From Pirellulaceae bacterium (GTDB lineage Bacteria > Planctomycetota > Planctomycetia > Pirellulales > Pirellulaceae), in assembly GCA_035649715.1 (NCBI GenBank), contig DASRJB010000026.1, forward strand, positions 1 to 28,376: a DNA stretch of 28,376 nt, written 5' to 3'. Position numbers and translations under genes: made by a program. Below the pieces are notes generated by a model that saw only the letters and a list, made by a program, of their open reading frames with translations, was not told the origin of the DNA and ran no database searches. This document shows, one piece after another, positions 27,799 through 28,376 of the stretch. The stretch's first letter is position 1, and every line of letters starts with the position of its first letter.

Positions 27799-28376
27799 CC
27801 CCGGCACCGTCGCGCCGACGGCCGCGCTCCACGGCCCGGTCTCGCCGCGGGTGCTGACCCAGCGGAGCCAGTAGGTGACAAGCTTGCCGCCGTCGGCCCC
27901 CTCGAAGGGGATCGTGTGGGGCGTCCGCGTGTCGAGCGTGACGAAGACCAGGTCGCCGGCCGCGGCCGGCGGGGGCGTGCCGATCTTCATCCAGATCTCG
28001 CAGCCCCGCACGCCCGCGGGTTTGGCCTTGCTGGTGGGCGTGGCGCTATCGACGAAGCTGACCGTATGCTGCAAGCGCTGCGACGTATCGACCTGCCCGA
28101 CCGGCGCGGTGGTCGGCGGACCGCTCGGCGTCGGCGTCGTATCGGGCACCGTAATCCCCGCCGCCGCCTTGGCTGAGCCCGTGACCGCCGGCGTGGCCTG
28201 AATTTTCCTCACGACGGTCCGCACGGCCGCCACCAGCGACTCGCGCTGGGCGTCCTTGGTCTGCGTCGCCGCCTCGGCCGCGGCCTGGGCCGTCTGCTGG
28301 GCCGCGAAGCCCGTGTTCCAGGCCGTCTGAGCCGTCGTCACCGGCGTCAGGTCCGCGGCCACCAGCCCATATCCGG
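27796..28376 (-). CDS. Hypothetical protein, helical N-part plus C-terminal Fn3-like beta domain (5'-truncated)
   Basis: Frame open to the window edge (GYGLVAADLTP...). AKPAGVRGCEIW and YWLRWVSTRGETGPWS resemble Fn3-like C-termini. Confidence 0.75.

Overview
High-GC chromosomal window that looks like a Planctomycete (Pirellulales-like), judged from the DUF1549/DUF1553-DUF1501 pair and other lineage-typical genes. Gene order: tail of a cytochrome-oxidase-assembly-type operon (ABC ATPase end, ABC-2 permease, SCO, DUF420, small CxxC protein), DUF983, two hypotheticals, ogt, lipoate-ligase-family protein, HEAT protein plus FdhF/YdeP oxidoreductase, DUF1549/1553 plus DUF1501, a RoxA-like dihaem cytochrome c, TerC, metH, a three-gene module (Pro-rich bitopic protein, degenerate BY-kinase-like ATPase, ExeA-like AAA ATPase), a fused FAAL-ACP-alpha-oxoamine synthase, and a 5'-truncated Fn3-like protein. 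The most notable signal is non-coding. The 510-bp gap at 14770-15277 holds an insulated minus-strand transcription unit: terC terminator, two NrdR-box-like palindromes 31 bp apart, a near-consensus sigma70 promoter, and a ~170-nt RNA that folds by hand into a 6S-like rod. STRR-like heptamer repeats occur three times: two inverted-repeat elements that supply stop codons and one in-frame tract inside metH. I found no tRNA, rRNA, CRISPR array, transposase or integrase. All family calls come from motif recognition and the RNA folding was manual; no database search was run.
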